This document shows, piece after piece, positions 1 through 12,748 of a stretch of 64,000 nucleotides of DNA. The DNA comes from Paraspadella gotoi. Lineage: Eukaryota > Animalia > Chaetognatha. The translations under genes were made by a program, and so were the position numbers. The notes below the pieces were generated by a model that did not search any database, was not told the origin of the DNA, and saw nothing but the letters and a program-made list of their open reading frames with translations. Numbering within the stretch: the first letter of the stretch is position 1; every line of letters begins with the position of its first letter. The DNA lies in the NCBI GenBank assembly GCA_051294375.1, contig CM119270.1, forward strand, positions 13,284,741 through 13,348,740, written 5' to 3'.

Positions 1-60
1 TTGCAGGAACCTACTATGTCATTATCTTGTAATTTTTATATTGGTTGTACCAATTTCATA
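1..60 (+). mobile_element. Internally deleted copy of the ~270-bp interspersed repeat family
   Basis: TTGCAGGAACCTACTATGTCATTATCTTGTAA is joined directly to TATATTGGTTGTACCAATTTCATA; both halves match 57475-57505 and 57589-57612. Confidence 0.75.
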
Positions 61-156
61 TGTATGAACTCAATTGTTAATATTCATAGGAAAATTGATT
101 CAGTTTTCGATTTTAAGAAAAATCCGGAGGAATGAAGAGGAATTTTTGTATATTTT

Positions 157-171
157 ATCATCATCATCATT

Positions 172-244
<73 letters not shown>
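157..244. repeat. (ATC)n microsatellite
   Basis: Near-perfect trinucleotide run; it produces the poly-S/M/D/H ORFs in the track. Confidence 0.97.
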
Positions 245-1044
245 CCCTCGCCGTAGTCTTCCTTATCATCATTTAGTCCGCCACCAATGCGATCGTGGGC
301 ATCTTCTTCCTCCTCTTCGTTGCCCTCGTCGTCGCTTCGAGTGGTCAATCGAACTTAATTAAGCTTTCTTGCTTGGTTGCTTGGTTGCTTGCCTCTCTCA
401 ATTTTAGAAAACTCGTTTTTCATCCAGATTCGTCTCTGCACATATAAATCAGCGAATCAAAACCAAATCGGGAATCGTTAGTTCTGATTTCGATTAATCA
501 CGGAGATTTAGCCTTTCAGGATTTTTTTGTGAATTATTAATTCAAAAGACGTTATATCGCCGAATCATCCATTAGCGATCGCATAATTAATATTAATGAA
601 AATTGCAAAATTGCAAAATAATGTTAATATCATAACTGATAAGAGTAATACATCGGATTGTGAGAATCGCGTTAAATTTAAAATTTCTAAATAGGTATGT
701 ATTGATATATAAACAATATATGGCCATTGGCCAATCTTTTAATTCACTTCGCTCGTCTTGGAATCACCTCCCCCCCAACTTCTCACTCGAATCACGTGAT
801 CAACGCGCGTGAGTCTGACGAGTTTGAAATTTATTCGTCGACGGAAGTTTTGAAGTTGAACACATTTGAAAAAAAAAGAAGTAAAACAAGTGGAAAGTGG
901 AAAGTCTTGGCCTGAAACTAGACATTCAGTTCCCTGTAGAATTTTTAAGTCTGAGAAATTGAGATCCCAAGAAAAGAGGGAAAGAAAAGAGGAGAGAAAA
1001 TGTGAAAGAATGGAAAACGAAGGAGGCGATGTGAGAGAAGAAGA

Positions 1045-1075
<31 letters not shown>

Positions 1076-1079
1076 CCAC

Positions 1080-1131
<52 letters not shown>

Positions 1132-1747
1132 GACAGAGAGCGAGAGAGGCGAAAGAAGAAACGGGCGAGGGTAAAAGATTGGACGTCGAGACTGATCGTT
1201 TTCCCAGCATATTGTAGGTGCGCGGCTCTCAGCTTGCACGCACGCGCACGCGCAGTCTCGCACCCACGCTCGCACGCACGCTCGCACGCAGGCTCGCACC
1301 CACGCGCTCACTGACGCAATTTGCCCTTTTTTTAATCGTTTCTTCTTATTTTCTTTCTAATTTCTTTCTCATTTCCTTCTTCACTATTCGTTGTTTTTTC
1401 GTTTCAAATTTGTTTTCATTTTTTAAAATTATTTTCATTTTTTTCATTTTATTTCATTTTTTAATTTTTTTCATTTCCTATTTCAAAAGATTTTTTTAAA
1501 CATTTTTTTCCTTTTATTTCTTAAAAGCCATCTTCATCTCACCCTGATAAAAACTAGTTTATTTTAAAAAAAATTGCTATTTTTTATTTTTTTATAAATT
1601 TTGTTTCCATTTTTTGAGGAAAAGAATAAAGAGGAGGAGGAGAAGGAGAAGGAAGAGGANNNNNNNNNNTCTCCTTCTTTCCCTGATTGCGCCTCTTTCA
1701 TTTAGTCTCAAGGAAAAACCAGTTAGTCGAGAAATCGACAAGATACT

Positions 1748-1787
<40 letters not shown>

Positions 1788-1896
1788 CCTCGTCGCCCCC
1801 TTCCCCCGTTTGGCTTTTGATTTAGTTTTCGCTTGGCGAGGGATCCCTTCCTCCTTCAGATGGAAATCAGAGCGGTATCCATTTTTCTGCCTCTCA

Positions 1897-1951
<55 letters not shown>

Positions 1952-2097
1952 CTCTCTTCTCTCTCTCTCTCTGACCTGTCACAACCATTACTTCGGTCAT
2001 TTCACTTTCTCGCTCTCCATCTTTTCTCGCTCGCTTTCCACTTTCCACGAAGAGATCTGCTGGTTTTTAAAGTAATTCATTTCTATCCATCTTTCTC

Positions 2098-2100
<3 letters not shown>

Positions 2101-2193
<93 letters not shown>

Positions 2194-2194
2194 T
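2101..2194. repeat. (TTTC)n microsatellite
   Basis: Direct reading. Confidence 0.95.
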
Positions 2195-2850
2195 CCATCT
2201 TTTCTTTGTTCGTTTTTCTATTCTTTTCTTCTTTCTTCTCTTTTTTCTCCTCCCCTCACCGCCACAAATGATAAATGAGAGCCTTGTTCATTCATTGTCG
2301 AGATTTTTTCCGATTTATTTCTTTTTTTCCTTCCATTTTCTTCTCCATTTTTTCCCATCTCTTTTTTTTCCTCCTTAACTCTCAGTTTCTACCTTTTTCC
2401 TTTTTTTCCCCTCTCTTCTCTCCTATTTTTCCTTTTATTTCTTCATTTCTTTCCTCTTTATTTTCTTTCTCCTTCGTTTCCTCTTCTTCGATTGATATTT
2501 ATGTTTTCATTATTTCATTTTCCTTTCTACTTCTTTCCTTTTTTCTTTTCTCCTCTCTTCACTCGTTTTCACATTTTTCCATGACCCCGTTTTCCTCTCT
2601 CCCTCCCTCCCCCTTTCCTTTTTTTTTCTCCTTTCCTTCTTTTCCTTTCCTCCCTTCCTATGGGTATCAATCAACGGCCACCACTTTTTCCCCGCAACGT
2701 TATATATGGCGCTGAAAATAATGTTTTAAATTCTCCTCGGAACAATTACGTATGCGGACATATGTTTCGTAGGCGTTGCGGAAGAGGGAGAGAGACGAGA
2801 GAAACTCAGAGGGAGACGGAGTGACGGTTCCCAGACATGCAGGTTGGGAT

Positions 2851-2909
<59 letters not shown>

Positions 2910-3391
2910 GCGTGGTGTTGACGGGAAAGAGATTCGCGAGACTTTAATAGAATCAATAGACGTTGGAGAAGGCGAGAGGTTGAGTGGAGCGGTAGTGAGA
3001 GCGAGAGGCTTGGTCGATCAAAGAAGGAAGTGAGAAGCTGATTGGAGCACGAAGTAGAGTGAGAGGCTTAGTGGAGCAGGAATGAGGTATTGCTTGTTAT
3101 TGCAGGATGGTTATAGAAGAGAATGAGCTATGGTGCTGTAGAACAGAAGGTGAAAAAAACGTTAAGCTATAATTTTATAAATTATATTCTTCAAATGATC
3201 GAAAACCACCTTTTTTCCCTACAAATCAACAAGGCGTTAAATAGTGTCGTCAACTGCTTGATAAAATATGAAAGCATCTCAGGTGAAAAAAAAAAGACAT
3301 TTCCGTAATTCGTGGCGATTTCCGAGAGATGTCCCTCCCGAACGCGAATCGAGGAATCGGCGGCCTTAATTGGATGATGGGGACAGAGCGT

Positions 3392-3398
3392 GGCGGCG

Positions 3399-3448
<50 letters not shown>
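3392..3448. repeat. (GGC)n microsatellite
   Basis: Direct reading. Confidence 0.95.
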
Positions 3449-3449
<1 letters not shown>

Positions 3450-4331
3450 TAGCACCTCTTGAGGATAATTATTTAAGGAGGAAAAAAGTCAAGGGATGAA
3501 ACGATAAGGAAAAGCGTAACGACGTTACAACCGACGGAGGAAAGGAAAGAAAAAGAGGAAAGGAAAGAAAAAGAGGAAAGAGAAAGAAAGAAAGAGAACA
3601 TCGCGATATCTGTCGATGTCGTTTTGTTTTTTTTGGGTTTTTTTCTTTGTCCTTGAACTTTGATGATACTTTATACAAGAACCGGGAAGTTTAAGGTGTT
3701 GCGCCGCGGGGACTTTCTTATATTGACGAATTTCTCGATTACTATAATGTATAAAATATATATATGTATTTTTGTAATAAGCATGTCATTGTTCGATATT
3801 TATCTCAAAAATATTATAATAATCGAATGTTAAATTTAATAAGCCGAATTTAATTTCTGTTTATGTTTACAGTTACAACTGTAATTTTACTATAAAGTAA
3901 TATGATTGCATTCTTAAATATTAAGGTTGCACAGTTATAAAATATATGCTCATTAAACGTCTAACTTAATAGATGCAATATTATAAAAGTTATAAGAATT
4001 TAAAATAGAAATAGGACCGACTATCAGACGGACGGACAGACCGACCAAAGATTTGCTCTCGTACTCGAAGCTCAACTAATAAGCTAATAAGTCCGTCTGT
4101 CCGTCTGATAGAAAGTCTGTAGAAAGTTTCTACAACTCGAAACACTTGGAACGCAGAAAGCCGTACTGCCAGCGCAACCCAGTTCTTTCTTTCTTTCTTT
4201 TGCTTTTACCAGAAATGGAGAAGGCAGACATTGAAAAGCAGATAAAGAGGTTCTGACCTTGGGAGAAAACACTAGTGTTCCTCGATCCTCTTTTTTATTG
4301 TCATCTCAGACACGAGGAAGATCAATGCGTT

Positions 4332-4396
<65 letters not shown>

Positions 4397-4809
4397 CTAT
4401 ATCACTCTTTCGTTCTCGCTTTTTAATCTCGGTCTCAATTTAATTTAGGTCCTTCGCTATAGTTACAGGGCTTTCGTATAAAACGGTTTCCTTTGGTTCC
4501 AATGGTTCTCAGCTGCTTGAATTTTTTTCCCTCTCTCTTTCTGTTCCTTTCTTTTCGCCCAGTTTTCATTTTTTACTCTTTCCTCCCCTTCCCCCCCTAT
4601 CTTTCCTTTTATCCCCTTTTCCTCCCCTTTTCTTCCTCCTTCCAACACTTTCCCTTTTTAGCCACGCCTTTCCATTTCCCTTTCCTTTTCCAATTCCATT
4701 TCCATTTCCCTCTCTTTCTCCTCTGATGTCACTCTCACTTTTACGTTTCTCTTTTCACTTAATATCAATAAGTATATTTTTAAATTTCTAGTTAAACACC
4801 CGTTATAAC

Positions 4810-5085
4810 TATGAAATTAGTAAAACCAATATAAAAAATTATCCATTCATTTCATAAATAAGCTATCTTGCCCCTGACTTTGGACAGGCTTTGGTGGTTT
4901 AAGGACTCCATCACTCTTACAAGATAATGACATAGCAGGTCCCTGCAAGCTTTCAATCAAGACTTTCTCACAGTCTCGTTTATTCACTCCCTGAGTACCT
5001 GGCTTCCCTATCAATGAAATGGTATAACATTTCAAAGAATGTTTCAATTGTATGAAAAGAACACTCCCTTAAGTATTAGATCGGG
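4810..5085 (-). mobile_element. Longest-type copy of an unclassified ~270-bp interspersed repeat
   Basis: Reverse complement is highly similar to 57350-57612, and the ORF track gives near-identical peptides (..SLIGKPGTQ/LGVNKRDC..). The terminal motif recurs at 5130-5153. Confidence 0.85.
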
Positions 5086-5770
5086 CAATACTATATTGTA
5101 CTCTGCATCAAAATGCAAGGAGCTGAATTTTATGAAATTGGTACAACAATATACAATATATAGTTCTATAGTTTATACTTATATCCCTTCTCCACCTTTC
5201 CCTTTGCTTTTCATTTTTCCATTTCCTCCCTCATCTGCTGCCTTCTCTCTCCTCAAACATCTTCCCTTTCCTTATCTCCTTCCCTTCTCCTCTCTCTCCT
5301 CCTTTAGTCCCGCTACCTTCCTTCCTTTTCTTTCCTCCTTTTCCTCTCCCTCCCTTCTTCCTACCTTCTCTGTCAACTCTTTCCTAACTTCCCTCGCTTC
5401 TTTCTTCTTTTACCTTCACTTTCGACTCTCCTCCTCTCTATCTTCCCCCCATTCTCATTTCACACCCCCTCTTCCTCTCCCTCTCCCTCTCCCATCTCTT
5501 CTTTCACTTCCTCTCTTCTCGGCGCCACAGCTGAAAGTCCGGGTCACCTCGACGCGTTTCCTGCGAGATTTCTCATCAACGGATTACTAGCGTCTCGGGA
5601 CCTGAGGNNNNNNNNNNNNNNNNNNNNNNNNNNNNNNNNNNNNNNNNNNNNNNNNNNNNNNNNNNNNNNNNNNNNNNNNNNNNNNNNNNNNNNNNNNNNN
5701 NNNNNNNNNNNNNNNNNNNNNNNNNNNNNNNNNNNNNNNNNNNNNNNNNNNNNNNNNNNNNNNNNNNNNN

Positions 5771-5806
<36 letters not shown>

Positions 5807-6593
5807 AACTCTAGGACACGCGTTTCTCTATATATCGATTAAAAGAAGTTGCAACGAGCTTAGGATGAAGAAAGCTTCGCGGTTGTTGTTGTTGTTGTCG
5901 AAGTCGTTGTTGTTGTAGTTGTTTTCTTCTTGTCCGGACAAAAGACGAAGACGAATTTAAAATTAATGTAGAAAAGGGAATTTGAAACGTAAGCTGAATT
6001 AGTAAAGAAATGCCCGTGTAGACGTAAACTATTTATCATTATGGGTAAATGAAAAACCGTAAATAATAAAAAAAACGAATTTTTTTTTTCTTCGGCGTCT
6101 GAATTTTAAAAAAATTGGCCGTGAAAACTGGGAACAACAAAAGAAAAGAAAAGAGAAGAAAAAGAAAAGAAAGGAGAAAATAGAAAAGTTTAGATTAAAA
6201 GAGAAAAGAGAAAGAAAGGGTGAAACGAAGAAAGCCACAACAAAAAACGGAATCCATACGAAAACAACAAACGAAAACAACAAACGAAAACAACAAAGAA
6301 AAACAATCGACAACAACGACGACGACTACAGCGATAAAATTAACAACGACGACGACGACGACAGCAAAAAACAGTCGTAATTTCGAGTCGTCATATCCAT
6401 GGCGTCGTCGTCGTTGTTGTCGNNNNNNNNNNNNNNNNNNNNNNNNNNNNNNNNNNNNNNNNNNNNNNNNNNNNNNNNNNNNNNNNNNNNNNNNNNNNNN
6501 NNNNNNNNNNNNNNNNNNNNNNNNNNNNNNNNNNNNNNNNNNNNNNNNNNNNNNNNNNNNNNNNNNNNNNNNNNNNNNNNNNNNNNNNNNNNN

Positions 6594-6860
6594 TTTCCAA
6601 ATCTTCTTTTCAATCTTCTTTCCACATTCCCATCTACATCTTCTTCCACATTCCCATTACACATCTTTTTCCACACACCCTTTCCACATCCGCTTCCATC
6701 CCCTTTCTACATCTTCTTTCCACAATCCCCTTTCTACATCTCTTTTCACATCCCCTTTCTACATCTTCTTTCCACATCCTCCTTTTACATCTTCTTTCCA
6801 CATCCCCTTTCCACATCCCACTTCACATCCCCTTCCACTTTTCCCCAACCCCTTTCCATC
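6594..6860. repeat. Degenerate ~13-bp tandem array (TCCACATCTTCTT/TCCACATCCCCTT)
   Basis: Repeated ACATC cores next to a gap. Confidence 0.8.
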
Positions 6861-7370
6861 CCCAGTTTTCCCAAACCCTTGCCCCCTTCCATTTTCTCTC
6901 TTTTCTTTCTTCAGCGTTCCGCCATCGCTGAAGCTTTTTTGATGCAACCCTTTTTTTTTCCCTTCAACACCGCGCGTGCGTGCTTATTTTAATATTCAGG
7001 ACGTTTATTTATTACAAACAGAGCGACTACGTTTTCTTTTATACTCTTGCAAGTCTTGCATCGCGAGAGAGAAAGTCTTCTTCTTCTTGATCGAAGAGCG
7101 GCAACGAAATTAATTAAAGGAGATTCTGTTGTTATTATTATTAAAATACTTCTAACCATGTATAAGAGCGGAAACACTTTTAAACTAAAGTAGTAAGATA
7201 TGCCAATGATATTTATCCTTAACGATCGGGATAATTTTATAATTACATAGTTCAATAGGTAGTTTTATTTACGATATTTGTATACCGCTTCGTTTGGAAG
7301 TAATTTCGGAGCAGGTGCTCGTGAGAAAGTTTTGATTTTAAAGTTTTCAGAATACTGAGATTTTTATTAT

Positions 7371-7482
7371 CTTCTAAGAGTGGATCAAGGCTTTACTCAC
7401 CCTAGCCAGTTTAAAGTCACTGGCAAGATAAGTTTTTATTGAATGACTGCATAATTTTTTAATATTGGTTGTATCAATTTTA
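7371..7482 (+). mobile_element. Diverged 3' fragment of the ~270-bp repeat family
   Basis: TAAGAGTGGATCAAGGC...AAAGTCACTGGCAAGATAAG...ATATTGGTTGTATCAATTT is collinear with 57503-57608. Confidence 0.6.
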
Positions 7483-7708
7483 CGCAATGCGTCATGTATT
7501 GAAGCCGCAAGAAGTAACTGTTAAAAGGTAATGTAACTTTTCCGTAACTTTAAAGTAACACGTTCATTGTAAACTAGAACAACATTAATCAATTTCACCT
7601 CCAGCGGCGAGATAAAAGAACAAATGAACATTTCGATTATTAAAGGATTTCTAATTAATCGGCAAACAGTGGAACGTCATCGTTGAGATTTCAAAAACAG
7701 GCCATAAG

Positions 7709-7793
<85 letters not shown>

Positions 7794-8497
7794 AGGCGAG
7801 ACACAAGCACGGAGAAAGAGAGAAATTGTTATTTGGGTAATTCTGCCCTATTGGTAACTCGTTTGCCTTTATGTCATCCTGAAAAAAAAACTAAGAGGAA
7901 AAAATGGTCGTTTCCTCTACTGGAAGAAAGAGAAGAGAAAAGGGAAAAGGGAGAACAAAAGTGGGAAAAGGGTAAAGTGAAAAAAATGGGGGAGAAGGGA
8001 AAATTAAAAAGGAAAATGGAGAAAGAAAAAAAAATAAAATAGATAATGAAAGAAAGAAGAGGGAAGTGAAGAATGGAAAAAGGAAAGGTGAAAAATATAT
8101 ATAAAAAAAGGGAAGAACGCAAAAGAAAATAAGAAAGGAGAATTAGAAAGAGAAAGAGAAAAAGGGAAGGAAGGAAGAAAACGAGAAGTTAGAATAAGGA
8201 AAAGTGGAGGACTGAAAAGAAACGAAAGAGAAAAGAAAAAGAGGAAAATAGGAGGAAGAAGAAGAAGAATTGAAAAAAAAAGAAAAGAAAGGAAACCGAA
8301 CCTTGTTAGAGAAAAAAAAGGGAAGCAACGAGAAGCTGAAGCTCGAGGAAAATATTTCCTCGACTTTTCACCGTCATCATCGTCGTTGCTTCTTGCCTAA
8401 TGAGAAACAAGTGAGGTTCCCCGTCGAAAATCGGCCACCGTTAATATTTAAATCTTTTTAAATCTTAAATCTTGAGTCTTAAAAATCTTAAAATCTT

Positions 8498-8787
8498 GAT
8501 ATTTTGAAAATCTTAATATCTTTAAAATCTTTACATAAATTAAGAAAGCTTAATTCTAGGTCTCAAATTTTAAATCTTCCGTCTAGTTTTCTCTGAAAAA
8601 AAAAATTATTTCGCGTGAATGTATCAGTTGAATATTAATGAATATTAATGAATATTAATATGAATATGAATATTAATATGAATATTAATGCAAAAAAAAT
8701 ATCGGCTTTAAAATTTCTCGTCGCCGGAGGTAGTTTCGTGGTTCTAGCTGTTGCTTGTAAATTCGACGCTTGCTTCGTCTTTGTAGA

Positions 8788-8845
<58 letters not shown>

Positions 8846-9150
8846 CTTATCGATTAGTCTGCCAAAGAAAAAACTCCACAGAAAAGAGCTGAAAAGTAGC
8901 TGAGTGAAGGAGTTGGAAGGAAAGGAGCGGGGAGGGGTTTAGGACTGGGCACTGTGGACAGTGCACGCGGCTGTTTAAAGTTTAAAGTTTAAAGTTAAAC
9001 GTTATTTGCAATGAGTGATATACATCGTTCAAGTTATCTATGTTCAAAAACGGTCTTGTTGAAAAACATGATAAATCAAATTAAAACATAACTTTAGAAT
9101 CAATAGAAGTCACCGTGAAGGAACGAAAGAGCCGACGACGACGTTGACAC

Positions 9151-9183
<33 letters not shown>

Positions 9184-11782
9184 TTCAAACGTGACCGAAT
9201 GCGCTTTTCCCCCCTTCCCCCCCCCCTACCGACGGTCAAACCGCATTTTCGCTTTTTCTTCGTCCGTCAATGTCGAGACGCGAGGGGCCAGTGCGACCGC
9301 GCAGCTGCTGTTGTCGATGCTGAACTCTCCCGGTTCTCACTGTTCTTACTGCTCTTACTGCCATTGCCGCGGTTATCGGCAGTTATACGCTAATTGAATG
9401 AGCAAATTTATCCTTTTAGCAGGAGAACGCCGTCGCGAAGTTTTCTTTTATTTTTATTTAGACTTTGATATGAAAAAAGAGATAAGAATGTAAATATGAC
9501 AACCATTTATGACTCTTACGTTTCACCGATGTCCGCAGCTGACGACGATGACGACGACGACGATGACGACGACGACGTTAACACGCCATACAGAATTCCT
9601 CCTCTTTTTAATCTTTAAGCTCTTCCCTTTCTAAACGACCGCGCGGCAAAAAGCCGCATCCAAATTGCCCCAAGTCACGACCCTCCAAAAAATGACCTCT
9701 TCTCCCAAAAAATGACCGCGAATGAGCGGCAAAAATGACCTCGGATGACGTCAGCCATTTCCGGTAAAAGGAGAAATAGAAGAAGGATACCATCTAGGCA
9801 AAGAGTATATCACATAATTGTTAAAAAGTTAATTTACTCAATAAAAAATATATAAAATATGGGTAAAATATGCTCAATATTCGGTATACTCTCCCTCGGC
9901 ATACCTCCTTTTTTGTCTTCTAAAGGGAGGAGTCACGATAAATAATTTTTATTTGTTATATCGCAGTAAAAATTTTTTAATGGTGGAATGATTAAGTTTA
10001 GTCTATTGCTGATAATTTGTTGAGTCTTTTCTTCTATTATAAGATCTATATTAGCACTTTATAAACAAAGAGAGGTGTAGTACCTCTGGCATAGCCAAAT
10101 AACAAAAATTAAAAAAAAATAATTAATTTAAAATAAAAATAAATCATTTAATAATACTAAGAATGGTGGAAGACCATTTTTTTATTTAAGGTAGTATTCT
10201 TTTTTTCCTATAACATCTAAATGATTTGAGCTTAAAAAAAGATTTTTTTTAATATTAAACAAGTTTTTAAGCAGATATCATCCACTAAAAAGTGATATAC
10301 TTTTTGCCTGGATGGTATTTTCTTTGCTATTTTTTTTTCGCTCTATTTTGGTCGCGTGGAATTAACATCTGCAATAACGACGACGACGAGGGTGACAACG
10401 ACAATGAAGACGAAGTCGACGACGATAACGACGTCAACGTGGACGACAACAGCAACGACGACAAAGGCAACAAATAAAACAACAAAGATACAAAATTATA
10501 AGACGACGACGTATGACTCGTATTGGACGCAAAATCGATTTAAATGTCATAAAATGTGTATTTATTTTTTGATAAAACCTTCAAACTTTGCAATGTATTT
10601 TTTTATTCAAATATTTTTTTCCTAAGATTTTCATTTTTAAAATTTTTGTATTCACATCAATTTTTGGGTGAAACTTCATTTTCGTTTATTAAAAAAAAAT
10701 AAATTAAAAAAAGTACTGGGGGGGAACGGACCCCTAGCATTTTTGTTGTATGGATTTTCGAATGGAAAGAATCCGACGTGCGGGCGGATGTACGGACACT
10801 TGGAAGATTGGAACAGATTGGTTCCGGGTAATGACGTCGGCCAATGGCCGTTGCCGCTGTCATTGCCATCGGAATCGGCCATTTTCAATGCTATTAGAAG
10901 GCTCCATTGGCCATTGGCCATTTCCATCAGCAATTTGCCGTTTTTTTTTCCTTCGCCGCACCCTTGCCATCAGCGCTCGGTTGAAAAAAAGTTTTTATTT
11001 CCCAGAAATCTAATCAACTGCGTAGAAGATCAATCAATTTCGTTTTATCAACGAACTTTTCTCTTGATTCATTTATACGTTATGATTCAAATTAAATTGT
11101 ATAGACTATTCCATCGGAAAGAAACGAAGGCCGTTAAATAAAAGAAGTCACGCTTAGAAGCCAAATAGAACAAATAAAACTGCGCTGAATAAAACGAGAA
11201 AAGAAAAAAAGAAAGACTGTGAAGCCGACTTTGCGACAAATGACGACGACGACGACGACGGGACGTGTCGAGGATTTCCGGGTCGAAGCCATTCGCACCA
11301 GACAGCGACTTAAACGGGCCCACGGTCTGTCTCTCCCCCCCCGCCCCTCGTTCTATTCCTTTCCCCCCTCCCTCGTCCCTCCGACTTCCTCACTCTCTCT
11401 CTTTCTTTACACCCCCCCCCTTTACTCTACTCATCTCTATACCCCGTCCCCTTAAGCGCGCCTCTCACCCCCCCCCTTACGAATCATGGACCATTTCGTC
11501 GAACTTATGTCTCTCGTCCGAATAAATATAATCACTTCTTCTTCCTCTTCCTCCTCCTCCTCCTCCTCTTCGTTTACGCTTACCCCATTGTGCAGAAGAT
11601 CGGATTCGTAAATAACAATGTTGATCCAACCTCTTTTACAATTTTACACTTTTCTCAAACAGTTCTGTACCCGCGTCTTTTGAGGAATCTCTCATTGTCT
11701 CGTCGTTTCTCTTTTATTCTCTCTGTCTCTGTCTCTCTCTCTCTCCCTCTCAATTGTTTTCTTTCTGTCTTTCTTTCTTTCT
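8498..11782 (+). repeat. Segment A, repeated inverted at ~20690-23997
   Basis: Collinear reverse complement with many 1-bp indels (e.g. ORFs 9191+ vs 23094- 'MTECAFPP', 10292+ vs 21992- 'FALFWSRGINICNN'). Confidence 0.95.
8789..8845. repeat. (GTC)n microsatellite
   Basis: Direct reading. Confidence 0.95.
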
Positions 11783-11849
11783 TGTAAACTTAAACTGATG
11801 GCAAATTCGCAGCGAGTTATACAACTAAATAAATAAACCATATACATAT

Positions 11850-12625
11850 TTTATTTTATCTCCATTAACTTCTTAATATTAATTACCGAATTCGACAGAT
11901 GCGCAGGTTGGGTTTTATTGCAAATAATTTTTTCAAAACATTGAGAACAGATGGGGTGCCCATTTTTAACAGGGGTAAAGGGAAAAGGGAATCTTATTTT
12001 TTAAACGAGAAAATACTTTAATAAGAGCGATCTTTTGGATCGATGAGAAAAATAAAAAATTAAAAAAAAACAAAAGACACACATTTTTTATTTCTCACCT
12101 GAGTGCAGGTATAAATTTTATCTTTCGTCGTAAAATGCAAAAAACAAACTGGACAACTTAAAGATGTAACAATGTCTTGGATCAACCTCATATAAAGAAA
12201 ATGATCTTAAAAACCGACAATCTGAAAAGATCAAAAAAGACGAGGATTTTCTATAGCATGAGAAATCTGCGAGGGCGACAAACGAAAAAAAAAAGGGATT
12301 AAAAAAAATAAAGTAGATGTAGAATTTTAACCAAAGTAGATTGAAAAGTTTAAACCCTTTTCCCCCCCCAAAATACATTGCGGATGTCGTCTTAAAGAAG
12401 AGATCAAATTCTAAAGATAAGGGTTTTTTTAGAGGCGGCCAAAACAGACATATTCTTTCTTTATCACCAGACAACTTTTTTTTTAAGTTTTCTTGGAATC
12501 GAATCTTTTATTTTCGATTGTTCTCGCATTCATTCATTCCACCGCCTTCGCGTTCCTTTTCCGCCATTTTTCAAAGATGCATCGTCTTTGCATTCATTCT
12601 TTCTTTTCTTTAATTTCCAAACCAT
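11850..12625 (-). pseudogene. C3HC4 RING-finger protein gene, frameshifted (pseudogene or read errors), with a probable intron at 12098-11993
   Basis: Manual translation gives ...MRLIQDIVTSLS-CPVC-FLHFTTKDKIYTCTQ|GTGAGA..ATAAG|IPFSLYP-C-(fs)KNG-H-PI-CSQC-FEKIICNK..T-C-(fs)-ICR, matching the RING spacing C-x2-C-x(9-39)-C-x(1-3)-H-x2-C-x2-C-x(4-48)-C-x2-C. The 5' end is uncertain. Confidence 0.65.
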
Positions 12626-12748
12626 CTTAGGAGACTTTAGACCTGGCGATGCTAGGTCTATTGTTTATTATCTTTTTCGCCTGTTCAATTGGCAAAAGAA
12701 GAATTTTTTTTTCTCTTAAAGTTGGAAACAATTGTCCCGATGACATTC

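Noticed and set aside
74-3450. Long ORFs of poly-S/D/H, (ER)n, (LS)n, poly-P and F/L/S-rich type here and throughout the window (e.g. the 431-aa ORF at 26177-27472)
   Set aside because: They are translations of microsatellites and purine/pyrimidine tracts that lack stop codons by composition.
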